A stretch of DNA of 64,000 bases from Eledone cirrhosa (taxonomy: Eukaryota), in contig OZ024742.1 of the NCBI GenBank assembly GCA_964016885.1, positions 26,598,001-26,662,000 of the forward strand. The letters are read 5' to 3'. How positions within the stretch are numbered: position 1 is the stretch's first letter; every line of letters starts with the position of its first letter. The notes beneath the pieces were generated by a model, which was given only the letters and a program-made list of their open reading frames with translations, did not search any database and was not told the origin of the DNA. Shown piece after piece: positions 42,021 through 55,589 of the stretch. The position numbers and the translations under genes were made by a program.

Positions 42021-42924
42021 GTGGGTATAGGTGTGTATTTGTGAATATAGATATGTATGGATATGTACGTATATGATTATGTGCATATGTGTAAATGTGT
42101 ATTTAGGCTTGCATCTATTTGTGCGTATGTATATTTTTGGTTGGATATCAATATAACTGTACCTCTCTCTATATATAGCGTGGATATATGCACTTTGTAA
42201 TCTATGAAATTTATGTGTTTTAACTATGCCAACATGTATTTATCTGAGTTTGATTATTTATGCATAAACATACTTGATACTATTTTAGAGCGTAACATAT
42301 GCTATATTATACTAATTGTAAGTTACCACACCGTACTATATTGGGTTGGTTAAGTTGTATATTATTGCATTACTGTATTTCATTATCTTATTATAATTTT
42401 CATCTTTTAATATACTATCTTTCCTAGTCATTACCTAAATTTATATTCACCTAAAAACTCAATACAACACTAATCACCATTTATTTTGACATTCCTTTTA
42501 ACTTCACTATACCAGATACATTCAACTTTCCTACTAATAGATTTTTATGCCAATTCTACTATTAACAACATTCAACCATTCATTTCAAAAGGTCATGACC
42601 TCAACTAAAGTTTTCATCTTAACACCATATGAAAAAAACAATTTGATTCGTTAATTCTTCAACTAGCTCCAAATAAGGACAAGATACTAACATACTACTA
42701 ATTCTGAATAAAATTATTATTGAATAAAATTATTATTGCATTTGGAAACAGCTTGTGATATGTTTGTAAGTAAATATTCTCTTTATCTGATATTTTGTAA
42801 CTAACCTTACATAGATCAATAACGGAGAATAGCTACAATGTATTATCATCATCTAGAAACGATCGTAAAGCAGTGAAGTATATATCTAATGACTTGATTT
42901 TTTATTTCATTGTTTTAACTTATA

Positions 42925-42976
<52 letters not shown>

Positions 42977-42981
<5 letters not shown>

Positions 42982-45490
42982 AAATCAAAAGAGGCTTAAA
43001 AGAGTTCCATGTATTTTATTATGCGCATTTCAAAAACAAATATCATCATGGGATGATATTTGCGTTCTCATCAGATATAAATAGGGAGACATGATATGAA
43101 GCTTAAAAAACTCTTGCGAGAAGTGAAGTGTTAAATCAACATATGAAAAATAAAATAAGATGGATATATGAGATTGGGGAGAAAGGGAAAGGAAGGGGGG
43201 GGGGAGAGGAAGAAAGAATATAATAAGAAAAAAAAATATAATAATGAGGAAATGATGACGGAGGAGGAGTATAAGAAGGAAGGATCAGAGACGAGGAGAA
43301 AATGAGTGAGAGAGAGATAACCTTTAATACTGAGAAACACTGTCTCCCAGAGAGAAATAAAAAAAAACCGTTGTAAGATAATACATAATTTAAAAAAAAT
43401 TAAGAAATTAAAAGTTACTGAGGTTTATGAATGGTGATGCTTATGATGAAAGAAAAAGGAATTAAGAATACTATTTATTTAAGGTTTATATATTGAAGGG
43501 TTTAATAATATGTGCGAAAAGGGATTTATTAAAATGTATTATTAAAATAAAATATATTAAGAAGATAAGGTGAATGAAGATAAGGTTAAATGAATTATGA
43601 ACTTAGAGGAATTAATTAGGGTCCAAGTTTGTTTCTATATATTGTAATAGGAAAAAGTAAATAATAGGTATAATATGAGCACGGAAGGATAGAAGAAAGA
43701 AGAAATTCAAGGAAGAAAAAATATATCACGTCAAAAAAATATGTTTACAACATTTCACCAATGTATTAGTATATATTAAAAATAAAAATGTGCATGGCCG
43801 AGAATATAAGGAAAATGCTATAGTGTGTTATAATATGAATTAAGAAGTAATTGAGAAGTAAAAGTTGCAGATTAAACATTAGAAATTAAGAAAGAAGAAA
43901 AATGGGGGACCGCTAACGACATAGTATGAGTAATATTCTATAATATACTGAAATAAGGTAGAAAGATGGGTATATTTGTAACAAATATAAAAGCGTTTGA
44001 GAAAAGAAGATTTTATACTAATTAGGTAGTAAGATATTAGCTGTATACTTTATGGAAAGTTCGATGGGATTTATGCAAGAGAGTGAAAATAAATCCGTAC
44101 GTCTATTTATTATAGAATTAAAATTAGAGATAATAGTAAATTAGGGGACCGGACCGCTAACTACATAGAATGAGTAATATTGTATAATATACTGAAATAA
44201 GGTAGAAAGATGGGTATAATTGTAAAAAATATAAAAGCGTTTGAGAAAAGAAGATTTTTAACTAATTAGGTAGGAAGATATTAGCTGTATACTTTATGGA
44301 AAGTTCTATGGGATTTATGCAAGCAGAGCGAAAATAAATCTGTACGTCTATTTATTATAGAATTAAAATTAGAGATAATGGTAAATTACATGTTCTGGAT
44401 AAGGAAGAATTAAGGTAAGGAGAGGCGTTGCAAACCTTCCTCCAAAAAATATTGTAGTTAATATTTTTGTCCTTTAAGGACCATATGAGTTCTGAGAGTG
44501 CCGTGTTAGTTCTTTTAAGTTGGTATTTAAATGAGAAATTGTGATTATAAAATCTTGCTTTGAAGAAAGTGGAACCAAAATAGGTAAAAGAATTAGTACC
44601 AGTTATAACCTTACATTCATACACTAAATGTTTATCAAGACATTAGTTACTAATAGGACATTTAGTTCTAACAAGGCAATTGCAATTACGATTAGAGAAA
44701 TTACCAAAGTTATTAGCAAGTGACCCAGTATTATTTATAGAAGGAATTGAATTGGAGAAGTTATTTACGATAGGTGCTAAAGTTTCCTGATTTAGATTGG
44801 TATTATGAACATTCGAGAAAGTTACGTTTGACGTCGTATTTAAATTTATGGAATCTAGCCAAGAGTTAACATTGACGTAGAGTTTACTATTGCTATTATT
44901 ATGACGCTCAGTGTTGGATGGATATAATGTATTACTTAATATTTTATTATTATGTTTTGAAATAATGTTAGAGATGTTGGAAGTGGTGGAATAAGAGAAT
45001 TTAATTTTATGTTTATTAAAGATCTTACTATAAATATGCGAAGGATGGAAGCATTTATCTAAGGCTCTAAAAAATAGTTTAGGAATATTACTAATAATAG
45101 ATAGAGAAAAAGGAGCGTTGTACCAAATCATATTTTATATCTAGGTCTTTTCTTTATGTTATTGGAATGCTTATGACTAACTATATTACTATAAGTCCCT
45201 CGATGATTGGTTTCTTTACTGTATTTAATTTTGTCAGGATAACCGGCTCTGGAAAGCGCATTATTGTAATAATTGGCTTTAGCGTCAAAGATAACTTTAT
45301 TAGAAGATAGATTTGAGATTATTTTTTCAACATTACTGACTATAGCATTTTTAACGTTAATAGGGTGGTTAGATTTAAAATTAACATAATTTAGATTCTC
45401 ATTGTCTTTATGTTAAGGGTAATATAGGCCGGTATCAAGATTAAGGGTTATATCCAGGAAGTTAGCTAGTTTGACGTTGTTTTCAAATTC
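42977..45490 (-). mobile_element. Decayed PLE (RT thumb, EN, pLTR) with an internal ~245-bp tandem duplication (43903-44378)
   Basis: ANFLDITLNL, NFKSNHP, IWYNAPFS, CNC..CPI, VYECK..YFGST..FKARFYNH. Confidence 0.8.
43014..43081 (-). ncRNA. Type I hammerhead (AUA site)
   Basis: TTTATAT-CTGATGA-GAACGCAAATATCATC ccat GATGATATTTGTTTTT-GAAAT GCGC ATA-ATAAAA. Confidence 0.7.
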
Positions 45491-45599
45491 AAACCATCTT
45501 TTGATTTTATATTATTTATACTCCAGTCCTATAAACTGTTGAGTGCTACTTATCCGATATTTGCATTGCTTTGTTGTGCTACAATAAAACTCACCTCCT

Positions 45600-45645
<46 letters not shown>

Positions 45646-46029
45646 CACTACCACTCATTCCATATCCAGTCCTTGTGTCGTCTTCTTATGTATATTGTCC
45701 TGTGTTCAACGTAACGACTAATTATTGAACTGACAGCAGAGCTAGAAGAAATTACAATAAAAATACTTCTAATTGAAAGAAAACCAATTTCATATATTAG
45801 CCGTAAATATTTCAGACTAGCTAAGAGACGTCTGCAGTTAAGAAAAGTAATTTCAATCATCATGAGATTCAATATATAAACAATTTGTTTTAGTTCACAT
45901 CGATTTTTAATTGAACATTATAAATATCAGCTTCGATAGGAAAATAATTCTGGACAGAGTTTACAGGCAAAACTAACAGGTAGGATACCCAGGGGTAGAC
46001 CCAGAGCAAGATGGTTGGAGATCCAAGAG

Positions 46030-46160
46030 CAAGATCCATGAGCTTGGCTGGTCACGCTTGGGGATCAAGCCGGATCAGTTGGAGACGGTTGCTCCTGACA
46101 GAATCCATTAGAGGGAGTTTGAGGACTCTGGAATAAGTAGACGAAGAAGAAGGAGAAGCT
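46030..46160 (+). repeat. Dispersed retroposon 3' end with (GAA)n tail; other copies at 47505-47665 and 62030-62145
   Basis: Shared gcttggggatc..atcaattgg..ggttgc..ctgacag followed by gaagaag. Confidence 0.6.
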
Positions 46161-46169
46161 TCTACATAC

Positions 46170-46385
46170 CGCTGGCAGTATCAGTAAATCGTAAGACAAC
46201 ATGATTTATATCCTATAGTTACGGTCCTTTACGTTCTGAGTTCAAATCTCACCGAGGTTAGCTTCACGTGTCATCTTTACGGGGCGGGAGTTCGATAAAA
46301 TAAAGCACCAGTAATGCAATGGGCTCGATCAATCTGCTTTCCCCTGCTCTGAAATTGTTGGCGTTGTGCCTAAATCAGATACCCT
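46170..46385 (+). mobile_element. Diverged tRNA-derived SINE
   Basis: ggcagtatcagta..ttctgagttcaaatctcaccgaggttag..gataaaataaagcaccag. Confidence 0.7.
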
Positions 46386-47314
46386 TATATATTATGTGGA
46401 AGTAACACCACATATGATGCGGATGAACATGGTTGGGGTAACAATGCACCGCCCCTAAATATATTATATTCAGCTGTAGTCGTCCATATTGTGAGTTAAG
46501 TAATCAATGAGATTGGTCTTACTTTTCCTGTTTATTTTTAGATTAAATTTAGTAGCAGCAGAATGTCTGTAAATAGTTAAATGTCAACATAAATAATGTC
46601 GAGTTTTGAGGTTCATTTGTTTTCAATTTTTGATTCGTAAGCCCACCACACATGGTTTTTCTCATAGCTTCTATTACATTTTATTAATGCCAGGGGGAAG
46701 TCATATTTGTTTACTAGAGAATATCAATTTACATTTCAATCCTAACTGTTTATATGAATTGTCAAATATATTAGTACGAGAGTCGGTTGAAAAATTCATA
46801 GGCTGACCAAGATACTCTTAAGAAATGATCAAATGATGTTTATTTGGAACGTAGTACCTGGAAGGAAACGGTGTAGTTATTATTAAGAATAGTTGAAATT
46901 AATGCACACAAGATTTAACAGCACTAGCATCACTTCTGCATACCCAGCCTATGAAGATTTCATCACTTCAGCACACCCTTATTCTTTTCAGATTAGAGGT
47001 TAATATTTTCAGTATTTGACTCAAAAGCACACCACACATGGCTCTTCTCATAACTTCAACGACTACTAGGATTACATATGTGTCAATACATTTATGTTAA
47101 TGCTGGGGGAGGGGGTTATATTGGTTTACTAGATAATATTACTTTACATTTCATACTTAACTCTACATGGGAATGATCAAATATTTTAATATATTATATT
47201 ACCAGGTATCAACATTTCGAAACTTTTAGCCACGTTTCATTGTTTATTCGTGTATTACTTGTTCTTCATTATTCGTTGTCTTCAAGAATAACAGGTGAAA
47301 TATAGGAGGATGTG

Positions 47315-47480
47315 GGAGGGTCAGGCGCCATGCTTTCCAGTATGGAGTTGCGTCCCTTTACGGTCTGAGTTAAAATCCCGCCGAGGTTAACTTTGCCTTT
47401 CATCCTTACGGAGTCGATAAAATAAAGTGCCAGAATTGCACTGGGATAATTGCTGGCCTTGTGCCCAAAGTAGAAACAAT
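47315..47480 (+). mobile_element. tRNA-derived SINE
   Basis: Family consensus. Confidence 0.85.
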
Positions 47481-47634
47481 TATATTTAGCTCTTCGATAA
47501 CATCAATGAACTCGGCCGGTCGCGCTTGGGGATCTAGCTGGATCAATTGGAAATGGTCGCCTCTGACAGTACCCATTGAAAGGAGTGTTTGAGTACCCTG
47601 TCGCCACGACCCTCCCAGAAATAAGTAGCCAAAG

Positions 47635-47665
<31 letters not shown>

Positions 47666-48650
47666 TGCATAAACCACATAATATTTTATTAGTTAACGTC
47701 GTTTGTTTCTTTATGGAAGAATTTTCTTAGCGAAGTAGTCTTCTGAAAATGTCTGTTTCACTTCCAGAATGAAACCATTATAATTTCCTAGAATCTCTGG
47801 TGATACTTGGAACGTTATGAACGTCAAACCATTTTACATATGCAGGAACTCCAGATGAATGAGCTCTCACTTCTAGGATGAAGAACGTAAAGCTAGTGCT
47901 AAGCAATATATGGACAAGTTTCCTAAAAATAAAAACAACCATAGCAACAAAATATTTACGAAAGAAGCAAAAAAAAAAAGAAAGCATTCGCATTGACCAA
48001 ATATAGCGAGGCAAATTAAACAACGGATAAAACAATTGCTTATAATGAAACAAACAAAAATAAAAGAAACAGTTAAAAAGATAAAACAGCACGAAAAATA
48101 ATAACCAAATACGAATAAAGTAACATTGTTTCCGTAGGAAAATGATATCGTAGAAACAGTTTCAGTTTTTGTCTATGGTTTTTCATATGAAAAACATTTC
48201 TGTTGTTTTTTACATTAAATAAAAACAAAGATAACATTTATTTTAATTACAGTTAAGTTTCTGTTTTATGTAATAAAATTCTGGCCGACAGGAAAGCAAT
48301 ATATAATTTCATCATTTTGTTTAATATTTTTTATTTGTATTTTTTCTACTTTTTATGCTTTACTTGATCAGTTTATTTGTTTACTGAATTGTTTATTTAT
48401 TTATTTACACATTCACTTACGACCTCTACCTCTATTTTTAATATTAGTAGTTGTATTAGTAGCAGCAGCAGATTCAGCAGTAGTAGTAGTAGTAGTAGTA
48501 TGATATTTACGTAAATTGTTTTGGATAGGTCGACATAAAAATGTTTCATATCACCACAGTCTCCCACATGCACATAACACACACGAAACACATACACACA
48601 CGAAACACATGTACACGCACACACACATAAACAATCACATGTATAAGATT

Positions 48651-48682
<32 letters not shown>

Positions 48683-48849
48683 ATATAGTGTTTACATTGA
48701 CAAACAATTCTATGGTTCTATTATGATAGAACACTACTTAATAACAACTGTACAGAACTACAAAAATAGTCACAACTCAAATCTGAGTTTCATGCATTGA
48801 AAGTAAAGATATCTTACAGTTGTTGATACGTCGACAGGTTTGCGGTCGT

Positions 48850-49050
48850 ACCCTTGCAGTGGAGACTTCTGGTGTCCTCGGACCTAGAGATACCTCCCTA
48901 CGCATCACCAGAGGCGTTGAGCTGGCCAGCCGCAGGTGTGAGCCTCGCGCGTTGGAATGGCTTTTCCAGCGCGGCTCCCTTGCCGTCCTCCGGGGAAACG
49001 CCTTCTTCTTTCCGTCCGCCGGGGTTGTGGGGAGGCCACCAATATGATGA
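48850..49050 (+). mobile_element. 3' fragment of a CRE-like non-LTR retrotransposon (restriction-like endonuclease end)
   Basis: GC-rich island; LAVETSGVLG...WLFQRGSLAVLRGNA. Confidence 0.6.
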
Positions 49051-50299
49051 CTGACTTGTCATTTTATCAGTCATCTGTTCCTGGCGTTAACAAATTGACG
49101 TACATGCCAGTATTGAAGACAACTGGAGATTAGTTCGGATTTCCTGTTGATAGAAACAGTCCGTTTCTTAATGAAGTGCAGTATCTCAGGGATGCAGTAT
49201 CTGCAAATACATACGCTCGCGTCTCGAATAATCGCTCTCACCCCCTTAAGAATTTTTCCGATCATTAAAAGCTATCCCTACCACCTGCTTATAAAATGTT
49301 GCTAGTCCATCTCCGGCAAAATTTTATTACAAGTGGTAGCATTCCTGTGACAATTCAGTTTCTTGAGACATAAAATAATATTATACCTGAAATCCCATAC
49401 TTTATAAAATATATAGAATGGTTTGGGGTCTCAATATGTAAATTGAACTACTAATTCTGTTGTTTTTTTAATCACGTTCTAGAGACGTTCTAGACAAAAT
49501 GCTGTTTTTCCAATCCCGTCTCTGTTATTTGGGACACGTGAGTGCAACATATGAAATGTTCTATACATAGTATACATGTATTTGTTTCTGGCAAAAACAG
49601 AATGCACTGTATGAATATGTACATGTTTCATCAATAGGTATTCTATAATGCAGATAAGTTTCGTATGTCGCAAATTGTTTTTTTCGTTTGCATTGATAGC
49701 ATTTTATCATATAATTTCTCCCACATCTATCGGAAATAGTATTTACACACACACACAAACACATTTTTGGGTTTATTGAAGCGCTGAGAATATACATATA
49801 TATATATATAGACAGACGCACACACACATACGCACACATACACCCACACACCCACACACACACATTATATATAGGATAAATATATATCAAATATATAAGA
49901 ACCATACAGCAAATATTTATTAAAATAACATTAAAGTTTAAGCAAAGAATCGCTGCTTTCTCCATTAACGAGATTAGCTTAAACTTTGATTTTTTATTTT
50001 AAAATACAATTACAACAATTACAACAACAACAACAAAGGGGGGAACTGCAATCCTATCCAATGGTGTAACCACAAATCCAATCAAAATTTGCTCCCTGAA
50101 CAAGAACATTTTTCTCTTTTAGACATGAACCTGGCAAAAGTGATACAAAAAAACATTTTAGCCATCAACCAACACCATCCTGCTGTCACTAACACACAAT
50201 TTCAAAACAAGCCCCCTGCAACAGTCAAAACCAGCCACCACACTAGCCTCCACATTTTTACTCAATACACAATGTATCAGCCCATCCATCAATGCACAG

Positions 50300-52740
50300 A
50301 TATGGAAGATCTAATTCATTGAGGATTAGGTTTGTAACCATACATTTCACATTCCCTTCTTCATTCTTACTGACACCCACCTTGACAACTCCCACTTGGA
50401 GGCCGAAGTAAGAGAGGAATTTCAGAACCATCCGTGCGGATCATGTTGGCAGAAGGAAGGGTGGAACTGCCATTTTCTTGCATGATTCCTTTACAGCAGA
50501 TGGTAACAAAACATTCTCCAATGGCTACTGTGAATCAGTCACTGTGCACAATAAAGACAATGACCTGACATTAGTTGGGCTCTATAGGCAACCCTAAACA
50601 CCCATAATCTGCTTCAAAGAATGCCTCAACAGTATTAAATGCTTTATTAAACAGTGCCATTCTAGCAACATACTTTTGATGGAAGACTTTAATCTAACCT
50701 GTGTCGATTGGTCCACATGTAGTTTGAAACCAGGCACCCCAACCTCTACCACTGACAAAGAAGCAGTCGAGTCACTTCTTTACTTCATGAATGAGTTTTT
50801 CTTGTCCCAACTTGTCATTGCACCAGGCATCAGAACAAACAAAAAAATTTACGCACTAAAATACTGCCAACTGCAACATGCACATTCCATGGCTATCGCC
50901 CTGCTTGAATAAAAATATATATAACCTCCAACAATGCATGATGACCATCATCAAAAACCAGAGAACAGCTAAAGACAAGTGGGCCATTGAGAAAATCAAA
51001 CTGAACCCCAAAGTGTTCTTTTCATTTGCTAAAAAAACAAGGTCACCGTCTCCACTGTTAGCCCTTTAGTTGATGAAAATAGCACACTCCAAGATAATTT
51101 CAAAACCATGGGCGAGATACGGCAGAAACAATACTGCTCTATTTTCAGCAGTCCTGATATGGCCGATCTGGGTTGTATCAGTGATGTTAATCCCCAACAC
51201 ACTATATCAGACATAACGTTTGGCGCCCCTGATGTCTTAGCGGCAATAGACGAAATTAATCACAATTCAGCAGTTGGCCCCGACAGGTTCTCTGCTTGTG
51301 TCCTGAAGGTGTGTCGACAGCAACTTGTATCTCCTCTTGCTAATATGTGGAGGAACTCACTGGATACTGGCTATATTCCTGAAAACTTTCTGTCCCAGTC
51401 CGTAGTCCCAGTCTTCAAAAAGGTAAATAAATTCCTTCCAGTGAAATACCGTCCGATCTCACTCCCCTTTCATATTTTCAACGTATTTGAGAGGGTAGTG
51501 AGATCACGAATAACCCACTTTCTTGAAAGCAACGGTTTGCGGAACTCCAACCAACATGGGTTCCGTAATGGAAGGGACTGCCTAACGCAGATCCTGCATC
51601 AAATTCACGACGTTTTGAGAGCTTTGGGAGAGGGCTCCAACACTGTTGTCAAATACCTTGATTTCAGCAAGGCCTTTGACAGGGTTGGTCATAAGATTCT
51701 ACTGAAAAAACTATCCAATGTTGGTGTCTCTGGAATGTTACTGCAGTGGATCAAATGTTTCCTGACAGACAGGACCCAACATATTGTAGTCGAAGGAGTA
51801 AAATCAAACCGAGCCAAAGTCAGCAGTGGCGTCCCACAAGGAACTGTGTTGGGCCCACTTCTGTTCATCGTCTAGAATAATATGCTGTTGAATGAGGATA
51901 AGTTTGAATTAATCCATTTTGGAAAAAAGGATGCCCTGAAACTACCATACACTCTTCCTTCAGGTGAAACTCTAGTGGCATCCAATAACATCAGAGACCT
52001 GGGAGTAATTGTGGACAACAACATAAGCTGGCCCACTCATATAAACAGCAAAGTTGATATGGTTCGCCGAATGTGTTCCTGGATTCTCAGAACATTCCAG
52101 TCGAGAGATATCCACACTGTAATCCCTCTCTTCTCCACTTTTGCCCGACCCCACCTTGAATACTGTTGTCCACTGTGGTCTCCCCACACGAAAAAAAGTA
52201 TTATGAATATTGAAGAACCCTAAAGGTCAATTATAAAAAAGATAGATGGCATAACAGGCCTTGACTATTGGAGTTGATTAGAAAAGCTCAAACTTTATTC
52301 TCTTCAACGTCGCCGTGAGCGCTACACTATCTGCATGATGTGAAAAATATTCCATCAGCTTAGCTCAAATGATGTTGGCATCACCTTAAATGTACACCCA
52401 AGTCTTGCGCCCCGTGCTATCCGCTCACGACAAAAATCTCACTCGCATCTCATAAAAACAATACGACACAATTATTTCACCTCAATTGGCCCTGCACTCT
52501 TTAACGTTACACCAAACCACATCAAAGCAGAAACAGACCCCATCAAGTTCAAGAAGTCTTTGGACACATTCCTTCAAGAAATCCGGGATAAGCCTCCCAC
52601 ACCCGGATATGCCTCCGTAAACAATAACTCCCTGTTCGAGTGGGCCATGGTGCCCAAACTCTGATTTGTAAGACTTCGCCAGGTGGTGCTATTAAGTTAG
52701 TCATGGCCTGGGCCAATACTGGCCGAAACCTATCCAAGTT
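50300..52740 (+). mobile_element. Decayed CR1/L2-group LINE (APE and RT remnants, internal deletions) ending in (TA)n
   Basis: GGTAIF, MEDFNL, YRPISL, QHGFRNGR, YLDFSKAFDRV, SGVPQGTVLGPLLF, RDLGVIVD, RPHLEYCCPLWSP; the YADD segment is deleted. Confidence 0.88.
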
Positions 52741-52845
52741 ATATATATATATATAACTCTAAGGAAGTGCTCAAACACAGAAATGCTATAAAGATAGCTT
52801 ATAAAATAAAGTGTGAATTCTTAAAAGAAAGAAACATATGTTGTC

Positions 52846-53038
<193 letters not shown>

Positions 53039-53655
53039 AATATAAATAATAGGAAGGAACATAATAGTACCACCGATGATGTTGAAGATGTTCAACGAAA
53101 GAACTTTGATTGACTATATATATATATATTTATATAGAAAACCATCATCTATTAGATTCATCCGTCTAGTTTTCTAAACCAAATGTCATAGAGTTTATAT
53201 TTTCTGCTATCAGTTGAAATTCGAATAATTAACAATAAAATGTTTAGATGAATTAGTTCAATTAAAGTGATCTGTTACAAATGTTGACAGATTGAGAAGA
53301 GAAGATACAAATAAATCTTTTCCCGCATGTATTACTCTGATAAACAGTAGTCTACGATTATGGTGTTGGTGGTGGTCGTGATGATATTGATAGCAATGGT
53401 GATGACGTCGTTGTTGTTGTTATTGGATCTCTGTATATTTGGAGGCCCAGTGCTACAGTTTATCCAATTAGAATGTTGTTCCAGTGAAATTAACGCCTAC
53501 GTGACTGAGGATTCATTAACATAATACTCGGAGAGATTCTACAGAATGTCTGACAGGCATGGCCCGTTAATTTGGAGATACAACTTACTTTTTGAAAATT
53601 ATTGAACGGCAGTGAAATACAGTGTGTTGTGCAAGAAAACAGCGAGAGTGTATAA

Positions 53656-54429
53656 TCTATATATAAAAAACTGTGGTTGTCTGTCTGTCTATCGATTTTT
53701 GGCACACATCTCCTCTTAGAATCTCTCACGGAATTGCACCGAAATTGCTATACTTGTACATTGAGCCCTAGCGAAGACATCGGAAAAAAAAAATTTCAAA
53801 TTGACCCACCCTATGTGACGAAATCGAATATAATGTATCGATTTTTGAGCGTAAGTTATCAGTTATTTCCCTTTGTTCTGTTTACATTGAGCGTCTTACG
53901 TAAAAAATTACGCTGGCTTTCTCAGCGTTTAATATGACATTAACACAATACACGAACATTCGAACACTAAGCTTCCGTTTTGCTTCATTTCCATTTAAAA
54001 GCATTTTAAAACAATATTTTTACTTGAAAACAAGTCTATTTAAAGACTACGTAAAACAAGCAAATATTTCAGGCGTGCAGACAGACAGTCGTGCAGAGAG
54101 GTGATATAGGCGTGCAGACAGACATAACTGATAATTTGGTTACGCTAATGTTTTTCTCTGCGTTGCAGTGTTTACATTTTCGATCTTTGTTAATAAATAA
54201 CCAGTGCAGTTTTTATCCCCAGCATCCTCTTTTGTTATAACATTCGGGTTATCGTTATGTTTTCTTAACTTCATAAGGCATATTGTTGGTTGAGGGAATA
54301 TTAATCAAAAACACCACATGCAAGTCTGCACAGTAGACACTACAGTTTTTAAGCCAAAAAAGAAACTTAACATTGTAACTTTAACACAGCTACTGAGCGA
54401 CCCCGAGCAACGCCGGGCTTTACTGCTAG
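53656..54429 (+). mobile_element. Non-autonomous Helitron
   Basis: 5' TC (a^tctatatataaaa, then gtct repeats); 3' hairpin cccgagcaacgccggg followed by ctag^t; inserted between A and T with no TSD. Confidence 0.75.
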
Positions 54430-54484
<55 letters not shown>

Positions 54485-54989
54485 GGTTTGTTGTTTCACC
54501 ACTGGATAGAACTGGTCATCCCTATGGTCAATATCGATGTAATATTATGGAGAGTATATATATACATATACTAGTTTGGTAGATTATTCAATCTGGAGGA
54601 CGAGGTGTGTAATATAAGATATTGTATTTCATCACACAGTATAATACATTATAATACTCAAAGAGTTATGTGCTCAATTATGTTCTCTATATACTGTCTT
54701 ATAAGGCCCCGGAATTGAAACCTTGAGCTCATAAAATTATAGGGGATTAGCGTGAGTTTTTCACTCCGCTTTTCAATATTATATATATATATATAAGTAA
54801 TTACTTTCCTAGTCTTCAGAGCATTTTTATGAATATTCTAAAGACTAGGAAATGAATTACTTGTTTAAACATTGTCTATACACCGATGATTCCAAACAGT
54901 TGTCTGGAAGAAACGATCATAATCGATTGAATGCATTAAACAATAATTTATTTGTTTTATATTTTGAATATATATATATATATATATAT

Positions 54990-55545
54990 ATTTTATTTGA
55001 TAGAAGGAGCTTCTACAGGACTAGTACTGTTTCATTCAGATGAAATCTTCAGGAAGCTGGGTGTCATATTAAGTTCTGGTATTTATACATTTAGGTAGTG
55101 GTAAGGGAGGGGTGGTGGCTGGGGGGGGGAGTAGGATGGTATTTAGATACACAGGACCACAACATGGCACAGGCCGTTTTTTTCTTTTTGGAGTGGTCAA
55201 TTAGCCAGAGTGCTTTTTTGAAATAAATATTATTTCAAAAAAGCACTCTGGCTAATTGACCACTCCCCAAAGAAAAAACGGCCTGTGCCATGTTGTGGTC
55301 CTGTGTATCTAAATACCATCCTACCCCCAAAAATTCCTCCCCTCCCAGCCACCACCCCTCCCTTACCACTACCTAAATGTATAAATACCAGAACTTAATA
55401 TGACACCCAGCTTCCTGAAGATTTCATCTGAATGAAACAGTAATAGTCCTGTAGAAGCTCCTTCTATGAAATAAAAAATTGATACTCTGCCATGTATTGA
55501 GTACCTTACTTAATGTGGTTATCCCCGACTCAACCCGGGACTTAC

Positions 55546-55548
<3 letters not shown>
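54990..55548. mobile_element. Fold-back pLTR element in (TA)n (arms ~54993-55226 / 55230-55475, 3-nt loop)
   Basis: Centre gaaataa-ata-ttatttc; HHR in each arm. Confidence 0.85.
55409..55459 (+). ncRNA. Type I hammerhead; inverted copy at 55008-55058 (-)
   Basis: AGCTTC-CTGAAGA-TTTCA tc TGAAT-GAAACAG taatagtc CTGTA-GAAGCT. Confidence 0.75.
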
Positions 55549-55576
<28 letters not shown>

Positions 55577-55589
55577 TAGATAGATATAG

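Noticed and set aside
42745-42875. GAAAC GATC GTA AAGC hammerhead remnant
   Set aside because: The 3' half is plausible but no CTGANGA can be placed; at most a decayed pLTR
47778-48092. 104-aa minus-strand ORF as a membrane protein exon
   Set aside because: Hydrophobicity comes from A/T runs; no recognisable homology
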